NCBI GenBank assembly: GCA_964016885.1
Contig: OZ024742.1
Location: forward strand, 266,662,001 to 266,726,000
Direction of reading: 5' to 3'
Source of the DNA: Eledone cirrhosa
Lineage: Eukaryota
Length of the DNA stretch: 64,000 bases
The notes below the pieces were generated by a model. It ran no database searches. It saw only the letters and a list, made by a program, of their open reading frames with translations, and was not told the origin of the DNA. The position numbers and the translations under genes are program-made. Each line of letters begins with the position of its first letter. Positions within the stretch are counted from its first letter, which is position 1. Below are positions 1 through 13,100 of this stretch, in pieces.

Positions 1-549
1 TGGGGATTCCTTTCTTTGTTTCTGTGCCTTTCCTTTCTTCTGTCCTACGCCATTTTGTTTCTGTGTATGTGTTGTGTGCTCAGTTTGCGCATGCGCCACA
101 TCCGGATGTCTGTGTGTGTTTGTGTTCATTTATCTATTTGTTTATTTATTTATTTATTTATTGTTGGTTGGTTGTTTGTTCTATGTGTGTGTGTGTTTTC
201 ATTTTGTCCTTAATTGTAAGTTGTGATGTTGCTGTTCCACTCATATTTTCTATTTAATTTTGTTTGTAATTCTTTTATGCTTACTGCCTCTGTAATTTGC
301 CTAAACATTGCATCTTTTCTGTGTGTGGATTCTATTTTTATTTCTATGTTCTCTAATTTACCCCTGTGTTCTATCTTAGCATGTTGGTAGAGCACAGATG
401 ATTCTTTATTATCTTGAAGGTCTCGCCAGTGTTCATTTATTCGTTCCCCTATACTACGAGCTGTCTCACCTATGTACACTATATTTTTGTTTCTACATTG
501 TCCTTCAGTACATCTTATGCTATACACTACATTTCTAGTTTTACAGTTA
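1..549 (-). mobile_element. Penelope-like element (Naiad/Chlamys-like) 3' part: GIY-YIG endonuclease and downstream pLTR region
   Basis: ORF 210..527(-): VVYSIRC..C...YIGETARS..ER..EH, then RQITEAV.I...LNRKYEWN, typical of PLE GIY-YIG domains; the homologous C-terminus recurs at 38580-38735. Confidence 0.85.
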
Positions 550-875
550 ATATGGGGGCTTATTTTACAGGTTATACAGGTTATGACCTTAGCAACCTGT
601 GCCCTACAAGACCAGCATGAGGCAGACCACCTACCATTACCTCAATGGCCAAGAAAACCCACACAGATAGATGGAACGGGTGGACCAGAGCCATACGGAC
701 ACCTGAAAACCACGATGAACTGAAGAAAATGATTGCACATGCGGTAGGGGCCAGCATAAAATTAACCCTTAAGGAACATATGTTCAAATTTAATGGTAAA
801 ACATATGCCCAAGAGGAAGGAGCAGCCATTGGTGTTAGCATTGCAGGCGACATAGCTAACTTATTATGTATGTAA
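545..875 (+). pseudogene. Penelope-like reverse transcriptase fragment, inverted relative to the adjacent endonuclease
   Basis: GRPPTIT...HMFKFNGKTYAQEEGAAIGVSIAGDIANL matches the PLE RT motif F.F.G..Y.Q..G.A(M/I)G; one in-frame TGA upstream. Confidence 0.75.
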
Positions 876-956
876 AGTAAAAGTTAAACAGAATTAACAA
901 CATAATCGGTACAGAAGGGATATATTAGGTTAACGCTTGATATAGCAGGAAGAGGA

Positions 957-992
957 TCTTAACGTTTCGGACGCTAGTCCTTCATCAGAAGA
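957..992 (-). ncRNA. Minimal type I hammerhead ribozyme motif (PLE-associated)
   Basis: Reverse complement reads tctt-CTGATGA-a-GGAC(tagc)GTCC-GAAA-cgtt-aaga: intact core, 4-bp stem II, 4-bp stem I, palindromic AACGTT stem III. Confidence 0.8.
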
Positions 993-1073
993 AATAATAA
1001 GAAATAAAATAAATCGAGGGGACGGGTGTGTTGGAATTGGAAAAAATGTCTTTAGATAAAAATAACAGGTCCA

Positions 1074-1266
<193 letters not shown>

Positions 1267-1274
1267 TTATATAC

Positions 1275-1410
1275 TGTAGCTGTGGGGCTATATCAATGAC
1301 TCGAAATTCAGGAGTTGCTGCTTAACTGACCTCTTCGAAATCAGTTTCGAAGAAGTCACTTCAGCACGAAACCTCTGTTTCTCGAGTCATTGGCATAACT
1401 TCACAGTTAT
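1275..1410. repeat. Imperfect ~135 bp palindrome (MITE-like or PLE remnant)
   Basis: Arms ctgtggggctatatcaatgactcg...tcttcgaaa and tttcgaagaa...cgagtcattggcataacttcacag around a tcag loop. Confidence 0.75.
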
Positions 1411-1890
1411 AATAAAATATCCATCTCCCTGTCCATGTACAGAGTTGTGTTTATCCCGTTAGCACAGCCAAACCTGTACATAAAGAAAGTGAAGCAGGAA
1501 TGAGAGATGCTTTTGAGCTATAATTTTAATGAATAACTGTCTTGTAAATTCGGTTTCATTTGGAGTTGTTTTTTGCATTTAACAGACCAACAATATAACG
1601 CCAACTTAATAAAATTAACAAAATGCAAAAAAAAAAAAACAAGACAAAAAAAAAACTGAAATGATAAATGCCATTCACACAAGTTTTCTCTAGCAATAGT
1701 TGTCACTATATGCAATAATTAAAACGTTTGCTATCACATAAATTCACCATATTTCCTAATAAGAATTCAACATCTTTCCAAGCGACTTGTTTGACGCCAC
1801 CAAGAGTATTTATTTTGTGTTATATTAAATTTTCACATTATATCATTTCCATTTATTAATTTGCAAATGGCAGCTGTTCGTTTTTTATCC

Positions 1891-1891
<1 letters not shown>

Positions 1892-1938
<47 letters not shown>
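1892..1938. repeat. (TTA)n microsatellite, left flank of the Tx1 array
   Basis: Directly visible; abuts the 5' end of Tx1 element A. Confidence 0.98.
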
Positions 1939-2153
1939 GTTGGTGAAGCCACGCTTCTTATCGCCTCCAGTCTTTTTCAACGTTTTACCTCTTTTTCAAC
2001 CGTTCTAAACCTTTTATTCAAGTTTAAAATTTGATAAAAGTTTAGAAGAAGTGACCCACCCAATACAGGGGTTCACTAGTAAATAATACGGCACCCCTTT
2101 ACGGGGTGTCGTATTCGTATTTGTGTAAAAATACTTTTTTGAAAAATTTCAAC

Positions 2154-4170
2154 ATGGATAACACAAAAAAGAGAGAGAGAGCACTGTCAGACAACACAGA
2201 GAGAGGGAGACTTTATCAGCATGTCAACAAGACAGCGTTCCAGCGGAGGTAAATATAAACGAAAATATTACAAAGGAAAAAAAGATTGTTACAGATTTAA
2301 AATTACCAAATATTTCTAACACAAACAACACCAACAATAACACCAACAACATCACCAACAACAACACCAAACATAACAGCGGTAAAGTCGAGAACGACGA
2401 TAACAAAAATAACAGCGGTAAGGTCGAGAACGACAATAACAAAAATAACAGCGGTAAGGTCGAGAACGACAATAACAATGTCAATAACAACAACCACAAC
2501 AACAATAATAGTAGGAACAGTATCAACAAAAACAACAATAATAACAACAGCCACAATAACAGTAACAACAGCAACAGTATCAACGAAAACAACACCAACA
2601 ACTGTACCAGCGAAAAGAACAACAATGACACCGATACCTGTAATAGCGACCTCAGCACCACCAGTAAGACCAGTAGCGGCAGCAATAGTGGTGCTGCTGA
2701 AAAAGGGACCACTTCTTTTGTAGGTGTCGTCCGAAATATCGAGACAGTGTTAGTCACAGAGGAGGAGATGACAGTCGTAAGGGCCATGGTGACAAGAAGC
2801 GCAAATAGAGTTTCCCTGAAATCTCCACCCGATTTTTTCAAGGACCAGCAGCTACGAACGGTGACTTACCGCACCGTAAGCAAAATCTCACATCGAGTGG
2901 AGAGAACCACGGAGGCTCAAATCCCAAAGGCCTTGGGGTGCGTCTGGGTACGCAAAACCCACATCACCCAAAGCAGAAAGTACGCCACAGTAGACGTACT
3001 TTTCGCCACCCCCCAGGAAGCAAAGTCTCACTCTTTGGAAACCCTAAAGAGAGAGGAGTTAGTCTTGGTGCCCTCCTACTGCGGGCAGAAAATTGTGAGG
3101 GTCAAAGTTACCCAGGTCCCACCCGACGTGCCCATACCTTGGCTGGCCGCGCCTGTCCTTGCTGGAATTGAGAACAGGGCGACCATGCTGCAAGTAGAAA
3201 AAATAGGGAGAGAGAACTGGTCAGGTATAGGCATGCAAATGCTTATACAAACTGACCAGGAATGTATCGAGGCTATCCCCGATATCATAGACTTTGAGGA
3301 AGGACTCCAACTCCCTATAAGTGTAGAAGGAAGACGGCCAAAATGTTATCTCTGTGGGTCGAAATGTCACCTCAGGGCCTTTTGCCCGCAGAAGACACCG
3401 AAGAGGGTCCTTCTCCTGCCAATACCTGGTCCGCTGCTACCAAGAGCAGGACAGGCAACAAACGAAGAAGCCTCTTCGACGGTGAGTAGGAGGGAAACGT
3501 CCGTAGCACCCGTACCAAGGCCACGGATAACTAAAGCAGCATCATCAGTAGCGGCAACACCAATAGCTACATTTGAAATAGCTACACCAGCAACAACATT
3601 GCCGAAGAGGGCTCCACTACCACCACCAACAGCCGTGGAGCACATACCCCTCCCAGACGCCACAGAATCCGACATGGAGTTTGAGGCGGGAGTGACGTGG
3701 AAAACAGTCTGCCACAAAAAACAAAAAAGAAAAAAACCCTTAGATTCACCCTCCAAAAGCGAAGGCATACAAAGAGGGGTAAAGGCAGCAAGGAAACTTG
3801 CAGCAACACCACCACAAACACCAACAACGCATACACAACAAGACACACACACCAAACAGCAACAAGAAGAAAACGGCAACAAAATCACCCCCCCCCCCCA
3901 AAAAAAAAAAAAGTACACAGCCATAAACATAGCAAAAAAAGAACTCATAAAATATATAAAGCAGCACACAGACATCACGGAAAAAAACTACTACACCCCA
4001 CCAACACCAAGAACTCTCCCGACAAACAAGCATCATCGAAATCTCAATAGAACAATACAAACCTTTAAAACAAAAATTCCCCAACGCAGTTGGAGACTTC
4101 AGAGGGACGGTTACCAAGAGGATATACACTGACATCCTCTTGGAAACACCCATGACCAGCGAAAGGGAGG
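2154..4170 (+). pseudogene. Tx1-A ORF1 (Asn-rich N-terminus, CCHC zinc knuckle, Pro/Thr-rich tail)
   Basis: caacATGg at 2154; main frame includes 2747..4132 with CYLCGSKCHLRAFC; homologous to ORF1 of element B; frameshifts near 2200 and 4030-4080. Confidence 0.8.
2375..2482 (+). repeat. 3 x 36 bp in-frame tandem repeat (NSGKVENDNNKN) in Tx1-A ORF1
   Basis: aacagcggtaa(a/g)gtcgagaacgac(g/a)ataacaa... at 2375, 2411 and 2447. Confidence 0.9.
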
Positions 4171-4209
4171 TAAGTGACCCTTTCTTATTTGCACCGTTTC
4201 TCATCCAAC

Positions 4210-7200
4210 ATGGCTGTACTCAGAATAGGCAGTATAAATGCACGTGGCCTGGGGTCATCTTGGAAGCAGGGTCACCTGCTCAATGACCTCAGGTCACTAA
4301 ACATAGATGTGGTGGCCATCAGTGAAACCAGAATCTCCGAGGCACGGGCCTTCGCACCGATCTTCGGCGGCTACGATGTATACGCATCTCCCAGCCGTCC
4401 AGGATCGGGGGGGGGGGAGGGGTTGCCGTCCTTTTTCGGAGAGGCTTGGATCTCGCAATACGGGCCATCTTCCTGGACCCAGAAGGTAAGTCAGTGGTGC
4501 TGGACGTGACCGGCAGCGAAAGCAATGCTTTCAGGCTAGTAGCCGTCTACGACCCAACGGGGGCAGGACGGCCAGATTTCTTCAGACGTCTAGAGACCTT
4601 TCTTGGAACGTCCCGCTCTTTAGTGTTAGTGGGCGACTGGAACGGTATCTTGGATGCACGCTGGGATCGTGTGGGGCTAGTGGATATGGGAGGAGGGTGC
4701 AAGAGCCTCACCAACCTGCTCAGACGTTTTGAACTGTCTGACAGGTATCGACTGGATCACCCGAATGTGCCAATGTGGACATGGACAAACCACATTGGGT
4801 CATCCAGATCGTATCTAGATAGGGTATTCTGCAGGGAACTAGATAAGGCTAGTATAAGTTATCCACAATTTAAAATAGTCGACTACACAGACCACAAATT
4901 TGTGATCTGTGAGATCGACATAGACAGACTTCATAGACAAGGGCCTGGTTACTGGAAGCTGAACGCGTCTTTCCCGGCGCGCAAGGCCTACAGAGACCGC
5001 ATTAGCGTATTAGTTAAGCGGGCGTTGACGGGAGCGGACATCAACAACAGGTGGTGGTTCGCCCTGAAAAGGGCAATTAAAGTAGAGTCGATTAGGTTTA
5101 GCAAAGGAGTAGTGATAGAGGAAAATAGAGTAGAGGGAGAGCTAGTCAGAAAGCTAGAAGAGGCATTTAGGACAGGCATCGCAACCGACGTGCTTGCGGC
5201 GAGATTGGCACTCGACCAATTCTTCAACGCAAAACACGAAGGCTGCGTTGTCAGAGCTAGAGCGCGTGCTCTGAAACACGAGGGGACAAAAGCCGTCCAA
5301 TGGGCCTGGGTGGCAGAGACGCGACGTGGCAATAAAGCCACAATTCGGTCTTTGTCTGACCAAAACGGGTGCGTGATGCTCGAACCCGAGCGGATGTGTG
5401 AAGCTTTTCAGCAGCACTTTGCTGAACTGTTCGGGAGTGGCGGCGGCCGGGATCGGGGCATGGACTTCAGTGCATACCTCGACGGACTGCCTCGGTTCTC
5501 GACGACCGCAGCACAGTGTTGCGAAAAGCCAATAACAGTCGGTGAAATACGGGAAGCGATGGCTAACTGCACAAGAGGTAAATCGCCAGGTTTAGATGGT
5601 CTGCCCTACGAGCTTTATGCATTTATGCCAGACTTGTTCGGCGACCTCTTGGCAGACGTCTATTGCAAATTGGCAACAGAACGGGAGCATTCCCAGTTTT
5701 GTGAGCCGGGGAGCAGTGGCGCTGCTGAGAAAAAACCCGAACAAGGGGGATGTTTTTGATAATTTCAGGCCCATAGCATTGCTAAACGCAGAGTTCAAGA
5801 TTTTGGCCAGGGTGTTAGCAACGAGGTTGGCGCTTGTCGTCAAGGGTCTGGTGGGAGAGGCGCAGAGATGCGCCATTCATAACAGTTCCATACACGACAA
5901 ACTCCACCTCATGCGATACACCATAGAGAGGGTGGTTAAGGAACCTGGCAAGGGTAGGGCCCTGATCAACTTGGATCAATCCAAAGCATTCGATAGGGTC
6001 GACCATCGGTACCTGGCGGCGGTCCTCGAGGCAGTCGGTTTCGGGCCCGTTTTCAGGCGTTGGATCGCAGCAATGTACAGCGACATCTGCTCAGTTGTGA
6101 GGGTGAACGGTCACCTGTCGCAGCCGTTCAGCATCATGCGCTCAGTCCGCCAGGGTTGTCCTCTCTCGTCCCTCTTGTACGTATTGGCTCTCGAGCCGTT
6201 ACTGCACAAACTGGGGGCGATGAGGGGCGTCCCACGCGAACTAGGATGCGGGAAATACGAGTCGGCTTACGCTGACGACGTCACCGTGGTGGTGTCGAGC
6301 ACCAGACACGTCCAGATGCTCGGCACCGCTCTCAAGGAATACGAAGCGGTGACAGGAGCAAAGATAAACCAGGAAAAGTCGGTGGGCTTGCAGCTAGGCA
6401 CCTGGAGAGGCAAGTCCATGCCGTCGACAGCGTCGTGGGGCTTTGGACGGACGGACCGGTTAAATTGCTCGGGGTCTGGTTCGGACCGGACCTCCAGATG
6501 GAGAAAAACTGGAACGAGGTGACGAGCAGGGTGGCCTCCCTCACCCAGAACTGGGCTGAGAGGAAGCTGTCCCTGAAAGGCCGGGCGGAAGTGGCGAATG
6601 CGTACATCGCATCCGTCATCTGCTACCGCATCACCGCCGTCCCTTGCTCCAGCCCAACTCTCACCAAAATGGAGCGCCTCCTCTTCCGCTTTTTGTGGAA
6701 GGGACGCGCTCCCATGGTCAGACGATCCATCTGCTGTCAACACCCGTTGCGTGGAGGACTGGGCATGCCATGGCTGATGATGCGCAAACATGCGCTGAGG
6801 CTGCGACATCTCTGGTGCTTCCTTGATGGTGAACGGGTGTGGTCGCCGTTCGCCAGGCACATTTTCCCACAGCTCGTCTCCTTGACGGAGCTGCAGTCCT
6901 GGGTCAGAAAAAGACCGAGGGATAGCGCTTGGAAACTGGAATGTCTCCAGGCGCTCACTGCCCTCTCCCAGTTGGGCACCAGTATCGGTGGAACATCCAC
7001 CTCGGCGTTCTATAGAGGGCTCGTGGAGGGAAAGAGCGACGACGCTCTCGGGGAGACGCTGTGCGTGGAAGACGATCAGTTGTTCGCTCTCTTCAAGACA
7101 ACTTTCAGACCGGGGCCTATGGAAAACTTCCAGAAATCCATGGCCTGGCAGTGCTACCGGGGAGCGTTGCCGGTTCGAGATAAGCTATACAGGCACGGAA

Positions 7201-7625
7201 GTGCCGTCAGCCGAGCCTGTCCGAGATGCGCGCATAGCGACGAAACCGTTGTGCACGCACTCGTTCAGTGCCCGAGCATTGCTGACTTGTGGAGCTATGT
7301 AGAACAGTTGCTGTCACGTGTGGGACTGATCCGGTTGTCGACTGAGTCCATTGTGCAGATGGTCTCGCCGTCTTCCTTTGAGGAGGAAGGGCAGGCGGTT
7401 TTCATCTGCCTGGTGGCCATGGCGAAAGAGATTGTGTGGTGGACAAGGTTAAAAGGATTAAAGACAAACACTTTCCTCTTCGGCGAATCCCTGATTAACT
7501 TTTTCAAGTTTCATTGAAGACGAAAATCAGGGTGGAGAGGGAAGTGCTGCTTTCTAGCAAGTTTGTTGAAAGGTGGGTGAATGTAGCGAGAATGGTCCGA
7601 GTGAACGCTGAATATACGTCTGTAG
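4210..7625 (+). pseudogene. Tx1-A ORF2: APE endonuclease, reverse transcriptase, C-terminal zinc finger (several frameshifts)
   Basis: SINARG, SETR, GDWN, YLDR, TDHK (APE); KSPGLDG, FRPI, DQSKAFD, RQGCPLS, YADD (RT); CPRC..ETVVHALVQC. Confidence 0.92.
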
Positions 7626-7916
7626 TTTGAGAGATGGAAAAATTTAGAGAGGGCGCTTGCCCTGGTAGTCAGGGTGGCCGTGGTCTTTTGTGTGGTTTTC
7701 GCCACGAGTAACCCTCGGAGCCCCCCCCCCCCTATTGGGGAATTTTTCATTGTTTCAATTTTCATTTTATTGTTTATATATATATATATGTTTTATGTCT
7801 TTTTTCTTTTCTTATATAAATAATAAAAATATTTACACTCACAAAACGCACATCGTACCGTCCTGTTCCGTCTGTGATGTTTTTCTTGATGTCAGCCCTT
7901 GTGGCCAATAAAGAAA

Positions 7917-7918
<2 letters not shown>

Positions 7919-7948
<30 letters not shown>
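7919..7948. repeat. (ATT)n spacer between Tx1-A and Tx1-B
   Basis: Directly visible. Confidence 0.97.
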
Positions 7949-8290
7949 GGCGACCTACGTAGTAAATCGTATCATCGTGAGCTCCGCAAAGGTTTGTTAT
8001 TTCCGTTTGTTAAAAATTGCCATTTATGGAAAATTTTATTGTAAACTGTTTATAAGTACACATACATTGTTTTCTGAAAAGGACACCCAAAAAAATTGGG
8101 GCCTTGTGCCCAAAATTTTAACTTTTATTATTATCCAAAAATTTCTTTGAAAATAAATGGCTAATTCCCCTCTGCACGAAGCAGCTGAAAGCCTTCCTCA
8201 CAAAATAACACCTCACACCGACACCACCATTGTAAATGTTACTACGTTTGCCAACACAAAAAAAATATAAGCAGTAGCAATATTTTAAAT

Positions 8291-10139
8291 TTGTCTCAGG
8301 CAGACATTCATTTCCCGCCATTACCAATGACTGCAGGTGTTAAAGCCTCCACCACCACCACCACCGCGACAACCACCACCACCACCACCACCGCGACAAC
8401 AGAAACAAAAGAAGAAAAAAATAAATTAACTCGTGATGTCGAAATGAAATCAAGCAAAATGGACTCTTCCCCACCAAAGACGACTGACGTCACCACCACA
8501 ACTGAAACTAAAATTAATATTAACGATAGCAACAACAACAACACTGACATTATAAAACCCCCCCTCAGTTTCGCCAGAGTAGCAAAACAATTCGAAGCAT
8601 TTACCGTAACTCAAGAAGATTTAGAAAATGCCAAACAAATGGTAAAGAAAGATGGGTACAGGGTCAGCCTCACCCCCCCACCTAATAAAATGGAGCATCG
8701 GCGCCTATGCACCGTGTCGTATAGAACAATAAATGTAAAATCGCGCCGAGTGGAACGGGCATCCGAGTCCCAAATCCAAAAAGCTTTGGGACATGTGTGG
8801 GCAAGAAAAACCCACATCAGACGTGGGCAAAAGTATGGAACCGTGGATGTGTTCTTTGAAACACCAGAGGAGGCTAGAGAACACTCCATGGCCCCATTAA
8901 AAAGTGACGACTTCACACTCGTCCCAAGCTATTGTGGCCAGAGACTCGTAAAGATCAGGGTGACCCACGTTCCACCGGCCATCGAAATTCCCTGGCTAAT
9001 AGCGGCTGTCCTCGCCGGCATCGAGGCCAACACGAAAATAATAACAATAGCAAAAGAAAAGCAGGAAAACTGGTCCGGATCTGGGATGGAGCTCCTGATC
9101 CAAGTGGCCCAAAAAAGCATTGAGGAGATCCCAGAGGTAATAGACCTCACTGACGGCAGCCACCTCACGGTAATTGTCGAGGGCAGAAGACCTAGGTGTG
9201 TCGTTTGTGGTGAAGGAACACACCTAAGGGCTTTCTGCCCTCAGGCTAAAAGGTTGAGGCCACCTCTCCTACCCACCCCAGTGACACAACCATCAACACC
9301 ACCAGTAGCAGAGATGGCAGCAACAACTGTAGCAGCAACAACAGAAGCAACTATAACAGCAACAACCCCAGCAACAGTAGCAAAACCAACACCACTACCA
9401 CCACCAGCAAAACCAACACCACCACAACCCAACGCTTCAGAACTAGCACCAGCGCCTACACCATCCACCACACCACAACCAAAACTAACGGCTGTGGAGG
9501 ATTTTCCACTCCCCGGCCTATCACAACTGGAGACAGATTGTGACGACGAGGAGTGGTAAACGATATCCGGAAAAAAAAAAAGAAACCAAAAAAGAAAAAA
9601 ATTCTCTTCCTTCCCCCTCCAAAAACAAAATACAGAGGGAAACAAATAAACTAAGAAACAAAAAAGTTAGGACAGATATGCCACCATCCACACCAGCATC
9701 ACCAACCCCATCAACCCAAACACCAACACCATCACCATCATTAACTCCAACACCACCATCACCTACACCACAAAAGTCACCAAAATGCGAAACAGAAACA
9801 AACCCACAACAAACGCAAACAAAACAAAACAACCAAAACGATACACACTACACAGCATTAAATTTGAACAACAAGCAATTATTGCACTACATCCAACACA
9901 ACACCAGCATCACAGAAAAAGACTACACAACAACCCCAAAATTCACACCACCTCCACACATACAAATCCCTCGCATCACACAGAAAACGTACATGACACT
10001 AAAACAAAAATTGCCCAAAGACATCGGAGACTTCCGACAAGCACTCTCCAGGAGGATTTATAAGGACATCCTTCCTGAGGAGGCCACAAGCAGTGAAAAG
10101 GATGGAAAAGCCGTCCTTCCCCTACGAGAAGTAAGGTAA
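8291..10139 (+). CDS. Tx1-B ORF1 (nucleic-acid-binding, CCHC knuckle); split into 8291..9559 and 9540..10139 by a frameshift, true start probably slightly upstream
   Basis: CVVCGEGTHLRAFC knuckle; conserved central domain shared with family A; stop TAA at 10137-10139. Confidence 0.8.
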
Positions 10140-10173
10140 GTGGTCTTTCCCATCTTTTCCACTCCTTTTCAAC

Positions 10174-13100
10174 ATGACCTCACTCAGAATAGGCAGCATA
10201 AATGCGCGTGGCTTGGGGTCGTCATGGAAGCAGGGCCACCTGCTCAACGACCTCAGGTCACTAAACATAGATGTAGTGGCCATCAGCGAGACCAGAATCT
10301 CCGAAGCACAGGCTTTCGCACCGATCTTCGGCGGCTACGATGTGTACGCATCTCCCAGCCGTCCGGGATCGGGGGGAGGAGTTGCTGTGCTTTTTCGGAG
10401 AGGTTTGGATCTTGCCATACGGGCCATCTTCCTGGACCCAGAAGGTAAGTTGGTGGTGCTGGACGTGACCAGCGGAGACGGGCAAGCTTTCAGGTTAGTG
10501 GCCGTCTATGCCCCGACAGGAGCAGGGCGGCCTGATTTCTTCCGGCGTCTGGAGACCTTTCTTGGAACGTCCCGCTCTTTAGTGTTAGTGGGCGACTGGA
10601 ACGGGATCTTAGATGCACGCTGGGATTGTGTGGGATTAGTGGATAGGGGTGGAGGGTGCAATAGTCTCACCAACCTGCTCAGACGTTTTGAACTGTCTGA
10701 CAGGTACCGAATGGATTTCCCGAATGTACCAATGTGGACTTGGACAAATCGCATAGGGTCATCCAGATCATATCTAGATAGAGTATTTTGTAGGGAAATA
10801 GATAGGTCTAGCATAGGCTGTCCACAATTCAAGATAGTCAGCTACACGGACCACAAATTCGTGATCTGTGTGCTTGACTTAGATAGGCTTCATAGACGAG
10901 GACCCGGCTACTGGAAGCTAAACGCGTCCTTACCAGCGCGCAAGGCCTACAGAGACCGGATTAGCGAACTAGTTAAGCGGGCGTTGACGGGGGCCATCGT
11001 CAACAACAAGTGGTGGTTTGCTCTGAAAAGAGCAATTAGAATAGAGTCCATTAGGTTTAGTAAGACTTTAGCAATAGAGAAAAATAGAGCAGAGGGAGAA
11101 TTAGTTAGAAAATTAGATGAGGCGCTTGGCAAAGGCATCGCGACCGACGTACTTGCGGCGAAATTGGCCCTTGACCAATTCTTCAATGCAAAGCACGAAG
11201 GCTGCGTTGTCAGAGCTAGGGTGCGTGCTCTCAGACACGAGGGGACGAAAGCCGTTCAATGGGCCCGAGTGGCGGAGGCGCGTCGTGGCAACAAAGCCAC
11301 GATCCGGTCTTTGGTGGACCACGACGGGCGCATGCTACTCGATCCCGGGCAAATGTGTGAAGCTTTTCAGCGACACTTCACTCAACTGTTCGGGGGCAGT
11401 GGCGGGCCGGATCGAGGGATGGACTTTAGTGTCTACCTCGACGGACTGCCGCGGCTTTCGGCCACTGAGGCGGAGGGTTGCGAAAAGCCGATAACAACCG
11501 CTGAAGTACGGGATGCAATGACTAGTTGCACAAGGGGCAAATCGCCTGGTTTGGATGGTCTGCCCTATGAACTTTACGTACAAATGCCAAACTTGTTCGG
11601 AGGCCTCTTGGCGGACGTCTACTGCAACTGGCAACAGAACGGGAGAATTCCCAGCTCTGTGAGCCGAGGAGCGGTGGCGCTGCTGAGAAAGGATCCGAAC
11701 AAGGGGGATAACATAGATAATTTTAGGCCCATAACTCTGCTAAACACAGAGTTCAAGATTTTGGCCAAGGTGCTAGCAAAGAGGTTGGCGCTTGTCGTTG
11801 GTGGTCTGGTGGGAGAGGCACAGACATGCGCCATTCCCGACAGATCCATCCACGACAACCTCCACCTCATGCGATACATCGTAGAGAGGGTAGCTAGGGA
11901 ACCTGGCACGGGTGGATCTTTGATCAATTTAGATCAGTCGAAAGCCTTCGATAGGGTCGACCATCGTTACCTAGCGGCAGTCCTGAGGGCGGCTGGCTTT
12001 GGGCCCGTCTTCAGAGGCTGGATCGCTGCCATGCACAGCGACATCTGCTCTGTAGTGAGAGTGAACGGTCACCTTTCGGAACCGTTCAACATAATGCGCT
12101 CGGTCCGCCAAGGATGTCCCCTCTTGTCCCTATTGTACGTATTGACTCTCGAGCCATTACTGCACAAACTGGAGACGTTGAGGGGGGTCCCGCGCGAACT
12201 AGGATGCGGAAGATCCGTGTCAGCATATGCCGACGATGTCACCGTAGTGGTGTCGAACGCCAAACACATCGAGGCGATCGGCACTACACTAAGAGAATAC
12301 GAAGCGGTGACAGGAGCAATGATCAACCAGGAAAAGTCAGTGGGCCTGCAGCTCGGCACCTGGAGAGGCAGGTCCATGCCGTCCAACAGCGTCGTCGGGC
12401 GCTGGACGGACGGACCGGTTAAATTGCTAGGGGTCTGGTTCGGTCCAGACCTCCAGACGGACAAAAACTGGGACGAGGTGACGAGCAGGGTGGCTTCTCT
12501 CACCCAGAAATGGGCCGAGAGGAAGCTATCCCTGAAAGGTCGAGCGGAGGTGGCGAATGCGTACATCGCATCCGTCATCTACTACCGCCTGACCGTCGTA
12601 CCTTGTCCTAAGCCCCGCCTGACTGCGTTGGAGCGTTTGCTCTTTCGCTTCTTGTGGAAGGGACGCGCTCCGATGGTCAGGCGGTCCATCTGCTGTCAAC
12701 ACCCGCTACGTGGAGGGCTGGGCATGCCGTGGCTGATGATGCGCAGATGTCGCGCTCAGGCTACGACATCTCCACCTCTTCCACGACGGTGATCAGGTGT
12801 GGTCGCCGTTTGCAAGACGCGTTTTTCCCCAGCTCGTCTCCTTGACGGAGCTGCAGTCCTGGGTCAAGCGAAGACCGAGAGGGAGCGCTTGGAGACTGGA
12901 ATGTCTTCAGGCGCTCACAGCCCTCGACCAATCGGGCAATGTGATCGGTGGAAACTCCACCTTGGCGTTCTATAGGGGATTAGTGGAGGGGAAGAGCGAC
13001 GACGTACTTGGAGAAACTCTAGGCGTCGACGAAAATCAACTAGCCAATCTCTTCGGAAGGACTTTTGGGCCGGGGCCTATGGACAACTTCCAGAAATCCC

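Larger units (their letters stand above)
1939..7918 (+). mobile_element. Tx1/L1-clade non-LTR retrotransposon, family A, full length with frameshifts
   Basis: 5'UTR, ORF1, APE-RT-CCHC ORF2, 3'UTR with AATAAA at 7907; (TTA)n on both sides. Confidence 0.93.

Noticed and set aside
618-620. In-frame TGA in the PLE RT as selenocysteine
   Set aside because: Not at a conserved cysteine; more simply a CGA-to-TGA decay mutation; no SECIS recognised.
2375-2482. 36-bp repeats as a CRISPR-like array
   Set aside because: Contiguous with no spacers, in frame within ORF1, eukaryotic context.
2224-2841. Hydrophobic antisense ORFs resembling membrane proteins (also 3367..3978, 17596..18003, 18718..19275)
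   Set aside because: Reverse complements of A/C-rich low-complexity ORF1 sequence.
4405-4422. Frameshift in a G run early in Tx1-A ORF2 as programmed frameshifting
   Set aside because: Families B and C are in frame here; homopolymer slippage or sequencing error is likelier.
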